From: Moniliella sp. 'wahieum'
Lineage: Eukaryota
DNA length: 64,000 nucleotides
Direction of reading: 5' to 3'
NCBI GenBank assembly: GCA_003971905.1
Contig: RSEE01000089.1
Location: forward strand, 124,001-188,000
Shown here: positions 24,982-37,200 of the stretch, in pieces
Layout: each line of letters begins with the position of its first letter
Numbering within the stretch: the first letter of the stretch is position 1
Notes under the pieces: model-generated
Told to the model about the DNA's origin: nothing
What the model saw: the letters and a program-made list of their open reading frames with translations, nothing else
The model's database searches: none
Made by a program: the position numbers and the translations under genes

Positions 24982-26386
24982 GCATCTCCCTCCGCCTGCC
25001 TCCCGAGGGAAATCTCTACCCTTCGCTTCTTTCCCCCAGATACCGCCGACACTCCATTGAGGTCTCTTTCCTTGCACCTGGACGTTCGGTCCCCCCCATC
25101 CTCTTTCTCTTTCCCCTTTCCCCGCTCGCGTTAGCAATCTCTTATAAGTTGACCACATTCCTTCTCATCGGATATGGAGAATCATCTCTCATAGGGACCT
25201 TCACAAGAGCAAGGCGTTACTAAAAGTGGGAGCGGGGGGGGGGGGGATTCCTAATTATATGGCATGTGAATCGGATCGATGGATGCAAAAAGAGCACAAG
25301 TGTAAAATCACAAATTGGCTTCACTGAACCAGGCTTGCGCGTGGTTCATAATGTCGATGCATCATCGACGTTGCCCACATCCATTGCGAAATGAGTCGTT
25401 CAGGATAATATCAAAGGTCTCGATCGATGTCTGCTCGATGGGACCGGTAAGGTTGGCCTCCGACCCAGAATCGGGTCCTGCGCCGCAGACTTACAAGTGG
25501 GCACGACAGGTTCTCCCAATCCCTTGACCAGTGCCACTAAGTGGAGCGGAATCTGCTTGCGGACAAACGTATAGGCTAGTGGGTTTGGTCCGCAAGTGAA
25601 CTCAATTTCAGGTGGAATGAGTACCTCCATCTCGTAGCTCAAGGATATGTCCACATCCTCTTGGTCTGGCAATCGTATCCGATGCCTGGGCAGGAGGACG
25701 AGCAGGCAAGGCTGGGGGTTGCCGCATCTTGCCTGTGACCGTCAACCCGCTTTAGCTGTCTGCGTTGCCATGAAGACGACCATTGGTAAAACCCACGTTC
25801 TTCATCCTCGATGGCTTGACGAGCGCTGCGGCGAAACTCGACGAAACAAGAGAGCGTCGCAGGCTGTCGCGTCCACTTGGTCGCTGGAGCTTACCGGGAA
25901 CGTGCCGACTACATAGGCGTAACTCATTCAGGTGGCACTCATAAATCGGGCAAACTTTCAAATCCATTTAGCTGGCTCCTGACTTTCACGTTGAACGTCC
26001 AGTTGAACGTTCAAGTTGAACGTTGAACCAACGTCCCATTACATGCATTACGTTGACATTGACCATCGATCATCGATCACCGGTCACGGTCACCATTCAT
26101 CATACATCATGCATCATGCATCACATGTCACATGTGATGTCAGTGCATCAGACAACCGCTGGAACTACTGCCGAGTACCCGATTCACACAACTCCTGTCG
26201 TCCAGCACACAAAATCCCCAAGATGCATCTGTGTCCTCAAGTACCTCAGTAGTGCACCATTATGTGGGGCGTGCGCATCAACCGAATTCATTGTTCCCGC
26301 GCGGGCCCATCCCCACATCACGATTCTGGCCAGCCCACGTACTCCCCTCCCGTCACACCACCACCACGCCCACCGCCAAGACAGCC

Positions 26387-27096
26387 ATGAGTCCCACTCT
26401 GTTTGAACAATTCCAGCAACTCCCCAACGTCTCGCTCGCGGCTGTGCCTGCGGCTGCGGTGGTCGCTGCTCTTCGTACGTTCCCCTGCTTGCCTGCAACA
26501 AGTGTGTACTGACTCAGTGGGGCACAGCCCATTGGTACGCTGTCTTCCTCGCCATGCGCAAGAAGTCGTCTCCCCCATGGGACATTGCCAACCCGCGCAT
26601 ATGGGTTAATGGCCTGCAGTACCGCGCGCTATGTTGGAGCGTACAGACAAGAGGTGAGCAAAAAGCTTGCCAAGCACGAATGGCTCATCCTCCAAGCCGA
26701 CCGCGCAGGCCAATGCGTTCGAACACTTGCCTATGTTTGCTGTGGCAATGGTACGTATTCTTCCAAGCGGCTCTTGTTTGTTCTGACAAAGGGAGCACAG
26801 TTGACTGGCACGGTCGCAGGCCTCCCTGCTCCGTTCATGAACGGTGTCGCTCTCAACTACTTGGTCATGCGCCTCCTCTACAACTACGTTTACCTGAAGA
26901 TCCAAAAGGGAGATCTAGCTCTGCTCCGTACATTGGTCTTTTGGGTTATGTATGTCCCACTCTTGTGGGTCTTTGTCAAAAGGTACGTCTTCCTGTCCGT
27001 TGCTTGGCGTAGAAGTGGATCTGACCGAATCATCGCTGATCTATACTCCTCCGTGCGGACAGTTCGCTGGCATTTACCAAACAGCAGGGCAAATAA
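26387..27096 (+). CDS. MAPEG-family membrane protein, 3 introns
   Basis: SLAAVPAAAVVAALP|HWYA, WDIANPR, NAFEHLPMFAVA, YLVMRLLYNYVY, LRTLVFW match the fungal MAPEG pattern. gtacgt donors at ~26475, ~26752 and ~26983. The 3' end is approximate. Confidence 0.8.
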
Positions 27097-27756
27097 GCCA
27101 AGCTCTCGTAACTGTACCTATATCAAACCACTGGGCTGCCCAACAATATGCATCAGCTGCCTGGACTAATAGGAATCACAGCGTGAAGGAAACGGCAGGA
27201 ACCACGACTCGGCGCGTCAACATCGATAGATGGAACTTGGCACTTTGGCGCTACTTGAAAATGTGGACCAAGATAAAGACCAAATACGTCTATATCATAG
27301 CACTATCGCTGCCTGCGTCCTAAACAAGATGCAACGAACGCCGAATCGACCTGAACAATCCTTCGCCCCTCACGTCTTAAGAAGAGAGAAGGGTTGATAG
27401 CAAATTGCGCGCGAAGATGCAACAAAAATCTCTATTGCCTGAGAGAGTCGAGCAGGCTAGGCCAGGGTTGATTGCATTCGGACGTAATAGGCAAGGATAA
27501 CACCTCTGGCTCCCATTGAACGATGACAGGTAACACGGACGACAGACCTGAGTGGGTAGCCTGCGACGAACGCTCGAGACCAACTATATGGCAAGCAAAA
27601 TGATCAGGCGAAGCATGACATTGCCATATTTTGGGATTGGTGAAGCATGTCCATGGCGAGCTGTATTTTATCTGAAGCCCGCCAGGGCAATGTACGAGTA
27701 AGGAGGGCCTAGGGGGACAACAAAATGAGGGAAGACAGGGCGTATTAATACAACCA

Positions 27757-28368
27757 TTACTCCTGGTCAATGACGACCGTCTCAAGCCCCTTGAACGAGG
27801 TGATGCCAAACACGGGAGTGGCCACCACGTAGAGCTTCTCCTTGGCGTCCTCATCGTCGTTGCGCTTGCGCTCCAGGCGTACCCGAATCCGACGGGGCAC
27901 CGACTTGACTCCCAACTTCCAAATCTCCTCGTTGAGCTTGGGGTCGATGCGGACATCCTTGACGCTCATCGCACGCTGGGCAAAACGAACCACCTCCTTA
28001 ATGGCGCGAGGGGCCGTCTTCTTGTCCTGCATGCGGAACACGCGCTTGGCCAAGTGGATCGTGTACTCGCGCTAACCCAGATGAAACAAAACAAGTCAGT
28101 CAGTCAGGCCGGACCAGAGGAGACAAAGCCAGGTCGATGATGCGCACAGGGCAAATAAAGCCAAGCGTTGAACTCAACGTGTCCAACGCTCTCGACGATT
28201 TCTCCCTCAGGGGAGCCGGGGTACTGGTCTAGGACCAGCACCGAGGCGTCGACCGGCAGACCTTCATGCAATTTGGCATGCGAAGGACGGCATTCAGAGT
28301 CCCAGCAGGATACTCACGGTCACGACGTCCTTGAGGACGGAGCGCTGCGTCTTCTTGGTCGGGGCCAT
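27757..28368 (-). CDS. RPL31: 60S ribosomal protein eL31, one 246-nt intron (28317-28072)
   Basis: Exon 1 [17 protein letters not shown] plus exon 2 [70 protein letters not shown]. gtgagt donor and ttag acceptor are in frame. Confidence 0.98.
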
Positions 28369-29233
28369 TGTGAAGCGAGTGATGAGAAGCGTATAGGTGG
28401 ATGGATGAACGTGGGGGGTTGCGTCACAGGGCTTCCACATGAAGCAGGCGCATACGCCCGCCGCAACGAGTCTTTTATTGCGCCTCGAAACAGTGATAGG
28501 GTTGGGTTAGGCCTTTGGGCTCGTGGAGCTTGGTCAAGCCCTCACGGAGTTTACATTTCAATTCTGATTGGTTCCAAAACATGGCAGTGAATATTGAAAG
28601 TGTCAAGCTAGTGACTTCAGTGACTTGATTCACTCTAGTGATGCATGATGTACTCGAGTAGTCTGGGTATATTGACCGGTCAATTAACCGGTGACCGACA
28701 GGCAGTTCCGACAGCCGAGCTCGATCTTCCTCTTGCGCCCTTTGTGCCACCGTACACCAGATCCATTTGAGCACGGACGAGATAACGTGTGGCGGCGACC
28801 GGCAACAGCCCTTGCTTTGGCAGGTAATTGAAGGTAAAACATAGGCAACCTAGTGTCTCTCCAGCACGTGAACTGAGTTGGACCAGAACATTTTGAACGG
28901 TTGGACGAAGAATCGGTCTGGGCGCACTTGCCATCAACCCGTAAGTAGTATCTCCACCAGACAAGTGCAGCGGCATCAAGCCCGTTGTGAGTGGCATTGA
29001 GCATGTGCCTACCGCATGTGCATGTGCTTGCTACGCCATCCGCTGTTGTCTGTTTCATTCTATCAATCGTTCCTGTCGTGCCAATGTATGTGGCTCGTGC
29101 GTTACGGCAACGATGGGAGACATCGTTTCAATGGGAGCACGCCAGGAAAGCCTATGGAGTGAAGTGGCAACTCGAATGGGCATGCTTTTGTACGAAAGAC
29201 AACGCAAGATTATGGCGCATGACACCATGGCCA

Positions 29234-30704
29234 TTACCTCCTACCCGCACGGGCATTCTTACCTGGGCGGTTCTTCTTGTTCGAGGGAGCACGCACTCCT
29301 GCCGTTCCAGAGATGCGACGCTTCTTAGCCGGTCCTCCTGAACCGCCTCCAAACGAAAAGTTTTCCGTAGACTCGCGTGTGTTGGCTTTGGAGTGCTTCT
29401 TCTTGCCCCGTAGCCGTATTTGGCGTCACGCGCTGAGCGGGGCATATGCTTCCCCCCGCGCCCCCGTCCGCGTCCAGCAGGGCCACCGCGGGCCCCACGA
29501 GAAGGTGCTTCGCCCTCCATGACATCAGCCAGCTGGATATCAAACCCATCATCACCACCTCCAGAATGTTCTGCACAAAAGAGAGTAATGTCAGCGCCAC
29601 CAATCTCGCATAGGCTATCCAAAGTAGCGAGAAAATAGGAGATGGGGACGCACTGCGCTTCAAATCCTTGACCTTGTCGGCAAACTCTCGCTTTTGCTTT
29701 TGGCGCTCGAGCTGCTTTTCCACCTGTACCTTCTTGCCGAACTTCTTGAGCTCGCGCTGACGCTTAGCCTCTTCTGATGCCTTGATTCCGGCACGTTCAT
29801 CAAGCATGCGCTGGCGAACGCGTTCCATGTGCTCATCTGACTTGACCATCTCGGCAAAGTAGTCTTTCGGACGAATAAAGGGCACGCCAGCCTGCATCAG
29901 GCGACGACGACCCTCCTCGGCGCCCGCAAGAGCCTGTCGGTAAAAGACAAGTTCACGCTTCAGGTCATCCTCGAGAGAAGTGCCAACCTCCTCCGCTACA
30001 TTCTCCGGCCATGACACATGCATCGTCTCGGTCCACGCCAAAGGAGCGCCTTTCGAAGGAGCATTAAGCGCAATCGACTCAGTCAGAGCCTTAAGCGCAA
30101 CCACGTTGTTGATCCGTACTCGGTTGTGCTTAGTAGCCAAAACAGCAGGAGACACTTCCCCAGCAATTTGGTCCAGTTCCACGTCTTCCTCCTCATCGTC
30201 CCCCTCCTCTTCCTCCTCCTCTTCTTCCTCGTCATCCTCAGCTGAGAATCCGGATGGAACAAGACCGCTGCGTAGGATGCTCTCGGCCAAAGTGTTCTTA
30301 GACTTGGGTTTATCCTCACCATCGTCCTCATCTTCGTCCTCGTCCGTGTTCTCGCCCTCGGCAACATCCTCGTCCTCTTCGCCCTCCTCAGAATCGTCCT
30401 CATCACCTTCGTCTTCGGAGTCATCGTCGTCATCCATAGGGAGTTCGACACCTTGCCTCTTGAGGGCGGCCATTAGGTTCTGCATGCCCTCTTCATCAAT
30501 GTCCTCGTCCGAGTCGTCGTCTTCCTCTTCGTCCGAGTCATCGTCTTCCTCTTCGTCCGAGCCATCTGAATCCACCGCCGACTCCGGCTCCGGCTCTGGT
30601 GCCGCTTTCTTTTGGGTCTTCCCAGTATTCTTAGCCAGATTAGAAGTAGGTGCTGGCTTGCTGGGCGCAGAAGCGCGTGCGGCAGGAGCAGATTTGCGGC
30701 CCAT
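29234..30704 (-). CDS. EBP2: rRNA-processing protein Ebp2, 1 intron
   Basis: Acidic N-terminus; DDLKRELVFYRQAL; PFIRPKDYFAEMVKSDEHMERVR; RELKKFGKKVQVEKQLER; RDAKYGYG; C-terminus NRPGKNARAGRR*. Confidence 0.97.
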
Positions 30705-31816
30705 GATCAGCGCTTGTATCGAAATGACCTGGTGTTGGAGGTCGACGTGCGGAGCACAGGCGAAATAAGCAGGAGGACAGGAAAAAGCAAAAAAATTAAG
30801 AGAGCGGAATGCCGAGCCCACACCTTTCCGCCAACACTGTGATTCCGCCGATAGGTAAAATGGGACGGGTAGATAATTGGCTGGGGAACTCTAATAGGAA
30901 ACACTCCCTACTGACTGGTGAGATGAGGGGCCGATGAGACCCTGAAGCCGGAGGTCATCGCTTGACCCCTGCCGGCCGGACCACAGAGGTTATAAGCGCT
31001 AAGCGCTAAGCGCTAACCACTAACTGCTTATTAGAACCAGCACGGCACCCGTTGTTAAATGTCGCGAAGACATACCTTCGACATCAGTACAAAACGTCGG
31101 ACGTCGGGCTCCAGCGTCTACACCAGCAGGCGGCAATTACGGGGAAACATTCAGTGTGCCGTTATCTTCCAAAGAGGTAGCGCGAGCGTACACACGAAGA
31201 ATGAAGAACGTGCTGGTATATAGTCATCAAGTGATCGAGCGCTGAGCCATCTCCAATGAGGCACTTCTCTTACTAGGAAAACCCTCAGTAAATTTTCTTC
31301 CTTCCAGAGCTCAAACATCTTACTGACCGTCTTGGGGGCATGGTACTATCCACACGTCGCCACAACCAAGGGGAGGGGTGTTGGCTTTTGAGTGCACCCC
31401 TGGCACTTGACGATCTTGTAGAGCGCTCCGCTGGCTCTCAGCCGGGCGTGTGGTACAGTAAACTATTTTGGAACTATTACAGAACACAGAGACAACACAC
31501 GGATGAAGAAAGCTCGTCAAGTAATTCAAATGGTGACGAGTCGTACATGCATCAACGAGAGAGTGAGAAGGGAAGACAAGTAACGGCAAGTAACGGTGGT
31601 TTCCATTCAAAGCCACCAGCGGCTGCATCCATGATAACCACGGGCGCAAGGTCTATCTGATATAGGGCTGACGACGACGAGCCGTGGCGGGTGGGTGTGC
31701 CCGATGAATGAAACCACACAGGGGAGTGAGAAGAAGAGGGAGGGGATCGGCGATACTGTTCAATCGAAGGCCAGGAGCGGCGAGTAGGGCACACTGACAG
31801 AGTTGCGAATGCGTGT

Positions 31817-34218
31817 CTAGGTCGTGTGATGTGCGGCATTCTTACGGTCGTGGTGAAGCTCATCCTCCAACCGTTCTGCTTCGCGATCCAGGTTGTTGAG
31901 GTGCTCCTCTTGACGGTCCAGGTTGTAGAACACTGTATATAATAGCACAAAGCGAATTAAAAGTAGTTAGTTTCCTGTCGGTCCGGCCTCGATAGAAAAG
32001 AGGAAATACGCACAAAGATGAACACAATGCCTGCTCCAGACGAAAGGCCGGCGACGATGGCATAGTTCTCCACCAACTTGGGGTCTTCACTGATGGGAGT
32101 AAACGCCTCGCCAATTGCCGAGCTGATGGCCGAGGTGAAGAGTTGGATGCCCATCACGAAGGACTTCATTTTCTTGGGCGCCTTCGAATATGCGTACTCG
32201 AGTGCAGGGACGTTAACAAAGAGCTCCGAGGTGGCAATGAGAATGTAGGCGCCGGATTGTTGCCAGACGGTAATGGGTACCTTGGTGTCGCACGTGGCAG
32301 CGTAGTTACCACACGGCGACTTCTTATAAATGAAGTGCTGGGTAACAGCTGCGTACACCATGGCCAGCGCCGCAACTTGGTACCCAACGGCCATACGCTG
32401 CAGTGCCGACACCCGCCATCCACGGCGCCGTAACATGGGGTAGATAACAAAGTCAAGAATGGGGACAAGGATGATGATGGCTGCGATTTGGGGGCGGGCA
32501 TAGAGTTAGAAAACAAACGAGGGCTTCTTCAAAGGGGCGGGAGGAAACGTACCAATTGGGTCTAGGTTTTGAATAATACTGTTAGGAACACCGTCCAGCT
32601 GCATGGTGGCGGCTTGAGAAAGAAGATTGGACGTCATTTGGTTGTACGCCAACTGGTAGATAGGCAAAAGACAGAACACTTGGCACGCTTTAAACGTCCG
32701 GCGCACCTCCATTACCCAGACATCATCGAATGTCATCCACTTGGGCCGCGTTTCCGGCGTATAACGACTGGGAAGAGCGTAGTCCCAAAAGTCGTCGGCT
32801 TTCATTTGCTTGCACATCTTGATTGGGTTCCAACTCAGGCAAGGCTTCGTGCAGTACCACAGGATACGGAAAGCAGAAGGCATGAGGGAGCCCGAGGGGG
32901 GCGTCTTGATGTAGTGGTTGCGCCAACAGTAGAGGATTGGTGCACAAATCAGCAGCAAAATGGTTGGAAGAGTGTACTCGAGCCAAAACCCAACGTACTC
33001 TGTAATTCAGAATGATGGTTAGTGCCTGACTGCTCAACATCAACCGTAACAAGAGGATCGCCTCCAGGGAGACGTACTTTCAGAGTAGGCCATGCCAATT
33101 TGGCCACCAAGAGCGCCAATGTTAATGAACAGGTAGCTTTGTACAAGGTGTGAAAAAGTCAGCTGCATGTCGTACTTTCAGAGAATAATAACGTACAAGA
33201 CCATGAAGAGACGCGTCAGAGTCAGGTTCGGGTCAATGATCACTTTCTCCCCGGACTGCTCCAGCGTGGTGGTGTACATCTTGGTTGCTGACACCTGCTC
33301 GGCAATGAGGGGGCTCACCTGATAGTAGGAACACCAGTCAGTATCACGTGTTTATGGGGGGTACAAGAGGCCACGTACCGAAGACTTGAACCAGCCGGTG
33401 CCTACACCAAAGATGATGATGGCAATGATGAGGCAGGCATATGCACCGTTGGCGTTATCCATGACTGGGGGGGGGCACTGACTGTCATGCGGAATGAACG
33501 CAATGTATTTTGTCATGTCAGAAAAGGGCATATCAGATGGGGTATGGACGTACTAATGAGAATGATGTGGCCTATCGTGGCGATGACCAAGGCAATGCCA
33601 ATGGTCTTGAAGCGGCCCCAGTACGAGTCAGCCAGGTAGGCTCCAAGAAGTGGCATGCAGTAAACCCAGAACGAGTTAAACGTTGTGATGCCGAAAGCGG
33701 CACGTTGACCCTTACCAAGGGCACCTGTCACGCCGTTCGACGCTCGATTGGCACCGGTGCGGCCACCTTGGCTGTATGCCGGACGGGGTTGTTGGATAAA
33801 ATTGGTGAAGGCGTTGATCACACCGTAGTACGAGAAGCGTTCGGCCAGCTCACATACCGCCACACCAAATGCACGCCAGGGTACAGGGGCTGGGAGACGA
33901 CGCAAAGTTTTGAGCTCGTCAATTGTGGGAACCGGGTGGGATTCGGCAGGATCGTAGCGTGCGATGGGCATCTTTGCCTTGAAACTCCTCAAAGACATTA
34001 GCCTCGATTTCATCTACCTTCTTCTCGTCAATGTGGTCATTGCTTGACACTGTGGTTTCGAGGGCATGCTCCTCTTTGGACAACACAGCACACCGTTGTT
34101 GGTACCCACTGATTGGGGTGCTAGTAGAGTGGGGAAACGACGTCAGAAAAGGTGCATGGATACAAAATGACCATGCTTTTAAATGCAGAAAGGGAGGTAA
34201 GGACGTACGGGAAGCCAT
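31817..34218 (-). CDS. PTR2: POT/PTR-family di/tripeptide transporter, multiple introns
   Basis: TLRRLPAPVPW, VCELAERFSYYG (ExxERFxYYG), GALGKGQ, PLLGAYLADSYWGRFKT, GTGWFKS, YNQMTSNLLSQAATM, LEYAYSKAPKKMKSFV. Confidence 0.96.
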
Positions 34219-37200
34219 AGTGATAACGATCGAAGAATGTGCACGGATCGAAGGGAACGGGGATCCAGCCCAACGCAGAGCTTCAGCGATGAAGTGTGGG
34301 GATGAGGGGGCGGCTGAAATTATGGGGTTGTAGTTTTACCAGCAGGTGGTAAGAAAACTACAGCGGCAAGGGGAGGGTCCAAGGATGAAAAAGAGAATCC
34401 ACGGAGGGTATGCGTCGCTTATATATGCATCCGCTGATATGTGTAAATGCAATCCGACTCCCATATACTTGGGGAAAAACCATGATGCAGAAGAGACTCA
34501 GGTCAGGCGCTAGAGATAGCCACAGCCATAGACCGCGCTCCCTCTACCGCAAAAGCCCAGCCCCGCCCCAGCACCTGAGGCAGTGTGTGGGCAGACAAGG
34601 ACAGGATTCTACGTGTCCAGTGGTAATGCATAATGGCGGAGCCACAGCAGCTAGCTAGCTTATCTTGGCCCCGACGGTTCTTGCTATATAATACGGACGC
34701 CAACACTGCCCCCCTATAGCGGGAAGCAAATCGAGGCTTAAGCCCCCCCCGCAATATCAATACAGGTACAGGGCCAAGCTTGGCAGCGGCTGACACTGGC
34801 GCCAAGCCGCGCGAGTTTCGACGCAACACTGCACTAGTGCGGGTGGCGGCATTTTTGCGTCGACGGATGGCACAGTGTTATACCGCGGCCTTGGCCTCAG
34901 GCGCTCTTGGCACACACCGCCGCCTTGCCTATCTCTCACAGCTGCGTATCTATATCAACTAAAAAGCCTCTCGTGGAAGGTGGCACCTGATGGTGCCTGC
35001 CGTTCCTGTATTGGGTGTCCCTGGATAACATGGATGACAACATGTGGCCTCTGAGAGATCTGGAGGAAGAAGCGCCAGACGCACTGTGGCATGCACAGAA
35101 GATAAGCACTCCCAGCCAGACATTCGGCGAAGGTGACACCGTTGGCAACGAATAATAGTTGAGGTCATTAATCATTAACCATGCCAGCGTTGTATATTCC
35201 CAGCTTCTTGCAGTGGAAGCTGTAACAAAAGGACACACAAATCGTTAATTGGGTAGTGTATGACACCGCTGCGGCTCAGCGCTGAGCTCAGCTGAGCACT
35301 GACTGAACACGGAACTTACTGAACGAAGGCGCGCTAATCTTTCGACGTATGAAGCACCACAAAAGATTGGCCGACGAAAGAGATAATAAAGAGGTGTATA
35401 TAGAGACGAGATGAGAGCCGGCGCTGTGTGACCTATATGCTTTTGTTACGGGCGTTTTGTGCGAATTAGAATTGACGATGTAAGTTATTCCCTATGCCTT
35501 TTTTCCTTTTATATTTTCCCCTCCTACCTACTGACCGCAGGCTGATTAAAGTGGTGCCTTGTGCCACTTTAAGAGGGCTGCTGAAACTTGAAGGGCTGTG
35601 AACGCATGTGAGCGCTTACTAGTTACTACGCCGACATGAACCGCGTGATGCATCATGTGATGAGAGCGCCTGAGCCCTTCTGAGGCTTGAAGCTTGAAGC
35701 CTCAGGCCCTGATGGCTGAACTGATGTGCTGAGAGAGTCAGGCCTCAGGAGCTAATCAACCTGATTGCTCAGCTGAGCGGCTAAGCGGACAGACTGATTG
35801 GACATGGTATGGGACAAGGATGGTCGAGATGGCATCTTCTGTGGCCCAGAGGCTAGGCCCCGCAACATATCATTCATTGCATCATACATCATCCATGTTA
35901 TGTCGGTGAATATTGAACGAGACTATGTATCTCCGCACGGCGGCACCGCCGCTTAGACAGCGACTAGTGAGATCTGAGATCTGAGAGAGAGAAACGCTGA
36001 GCGCTGGCTGAGATCTGTGACATTGGGGATTAATTGATGGCGCTATGGACCAGATTGATGCATCGAATTGATCATCGATGATTGTTCATGACATGTACCT
36101 GCCCCCTACTGTACGGGATCTCGGGAGATTGCGCCTTAGTGCGCCCCCCTGCTGGAAGGCTTTCGCGGGCCGTTTTTTGTTTTTAAATCGGGTCGCTATA
36201 GTTCTGTTTGGGGTCTCTGTGTACAGTGCATCATATGCATTCCGATACTCCAAGTACACAGAGAGGTGTAAGTAGAGAGGGGAGGCGCCATTAGTTCCAG
36301 TCACTAGTTACTATGTAGGCACACAGTTATACGGTCCCAAATTCTGTTTCGACTCCCCGGCGTGCGCGCGCAGACCGAAACCATGCGTTTGCCAAGTCTG
36401 ATCAATTTCCATCGTAATGCTCCTCCATACACCATACTTCTTCAAGCTTCAATAGACAGGGTGGACAGGATGTTGTGAGACTTAGTGAGAACTGCAATCG
36501 TTGTGTATTCACATGCTGATGATCATCACTCTGTAGCACAGGGACTGGAAAAGGTCATATCGATCTGTGTACAGTTCAACGCTTATATAGTTTGTGTTGT
36601 GATGTAGGATTCGCACCAATCTCCGGTCTTGAGGTTTTGCAAATACTACCCACACAGTGTATGTCATCCGGGCCTATAGGCCGAGGGGGTCTCTTCCCTA
36701 TCATTGCCCCATCCACGCCATATCCATGGGGCTGGTGCGAGCCGCATGCCTTATGGAACGGCGCAGCGCAAGAGACCAGCGAAAAGTGCTATAGAAACGT
36801 GCGGTATGAAGTACCGACGCTCGCTTCCCTCTTCCACGGATGTGTCAAAGCAGCCCTGGCCCTTCCCGGGCGGGTAGCCCTCCGCGTAATGACCAGGGAC
36901 ACAAAAAGGCGACTAATGAGGTGCTCACTTGAGGTGCTTTTTGCCTTGCCCCGGGCGACAAAACGTCCATCTCCTTATTCCTGCACAGCTCGTATACCGG
37001 GTGGTGGGGGCGTGTTGGTGACGGACGCGGCGCCTCTCGGCGTCACGCGTCTTGTTCCCGAAGGAAGTCCAAGACATATTATAGGTTGTACGATGTCATC
37101 AAGTACTTTGAGGCAATGATGCCGTCATCTTGATGCCTGTTCGGTTGGTGGTGGTCGTAGTGCCTGGGGCGCTTCAATTTGGCGAAGGGGCCTCAACAAA

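Noticed and set aside
29980..30768. Poly-Ser plus-strand ORF
   Set aside because: Antisense reading of the acidic D/E tract of EBP2
31059..31660. Possible plus-strand gene divergent from EBP2
   Set aside because: Short fragments without recognisable homology or clear splice structure
35655..35685. Box C/D snoRNA (TGTGATGA followed by CTGA); similar at ~268 and ~44747
   Set aside because: No terminal stem or recognisable rRNA guide, and TGA/CTGA words are abundant because of the heptamer arrays
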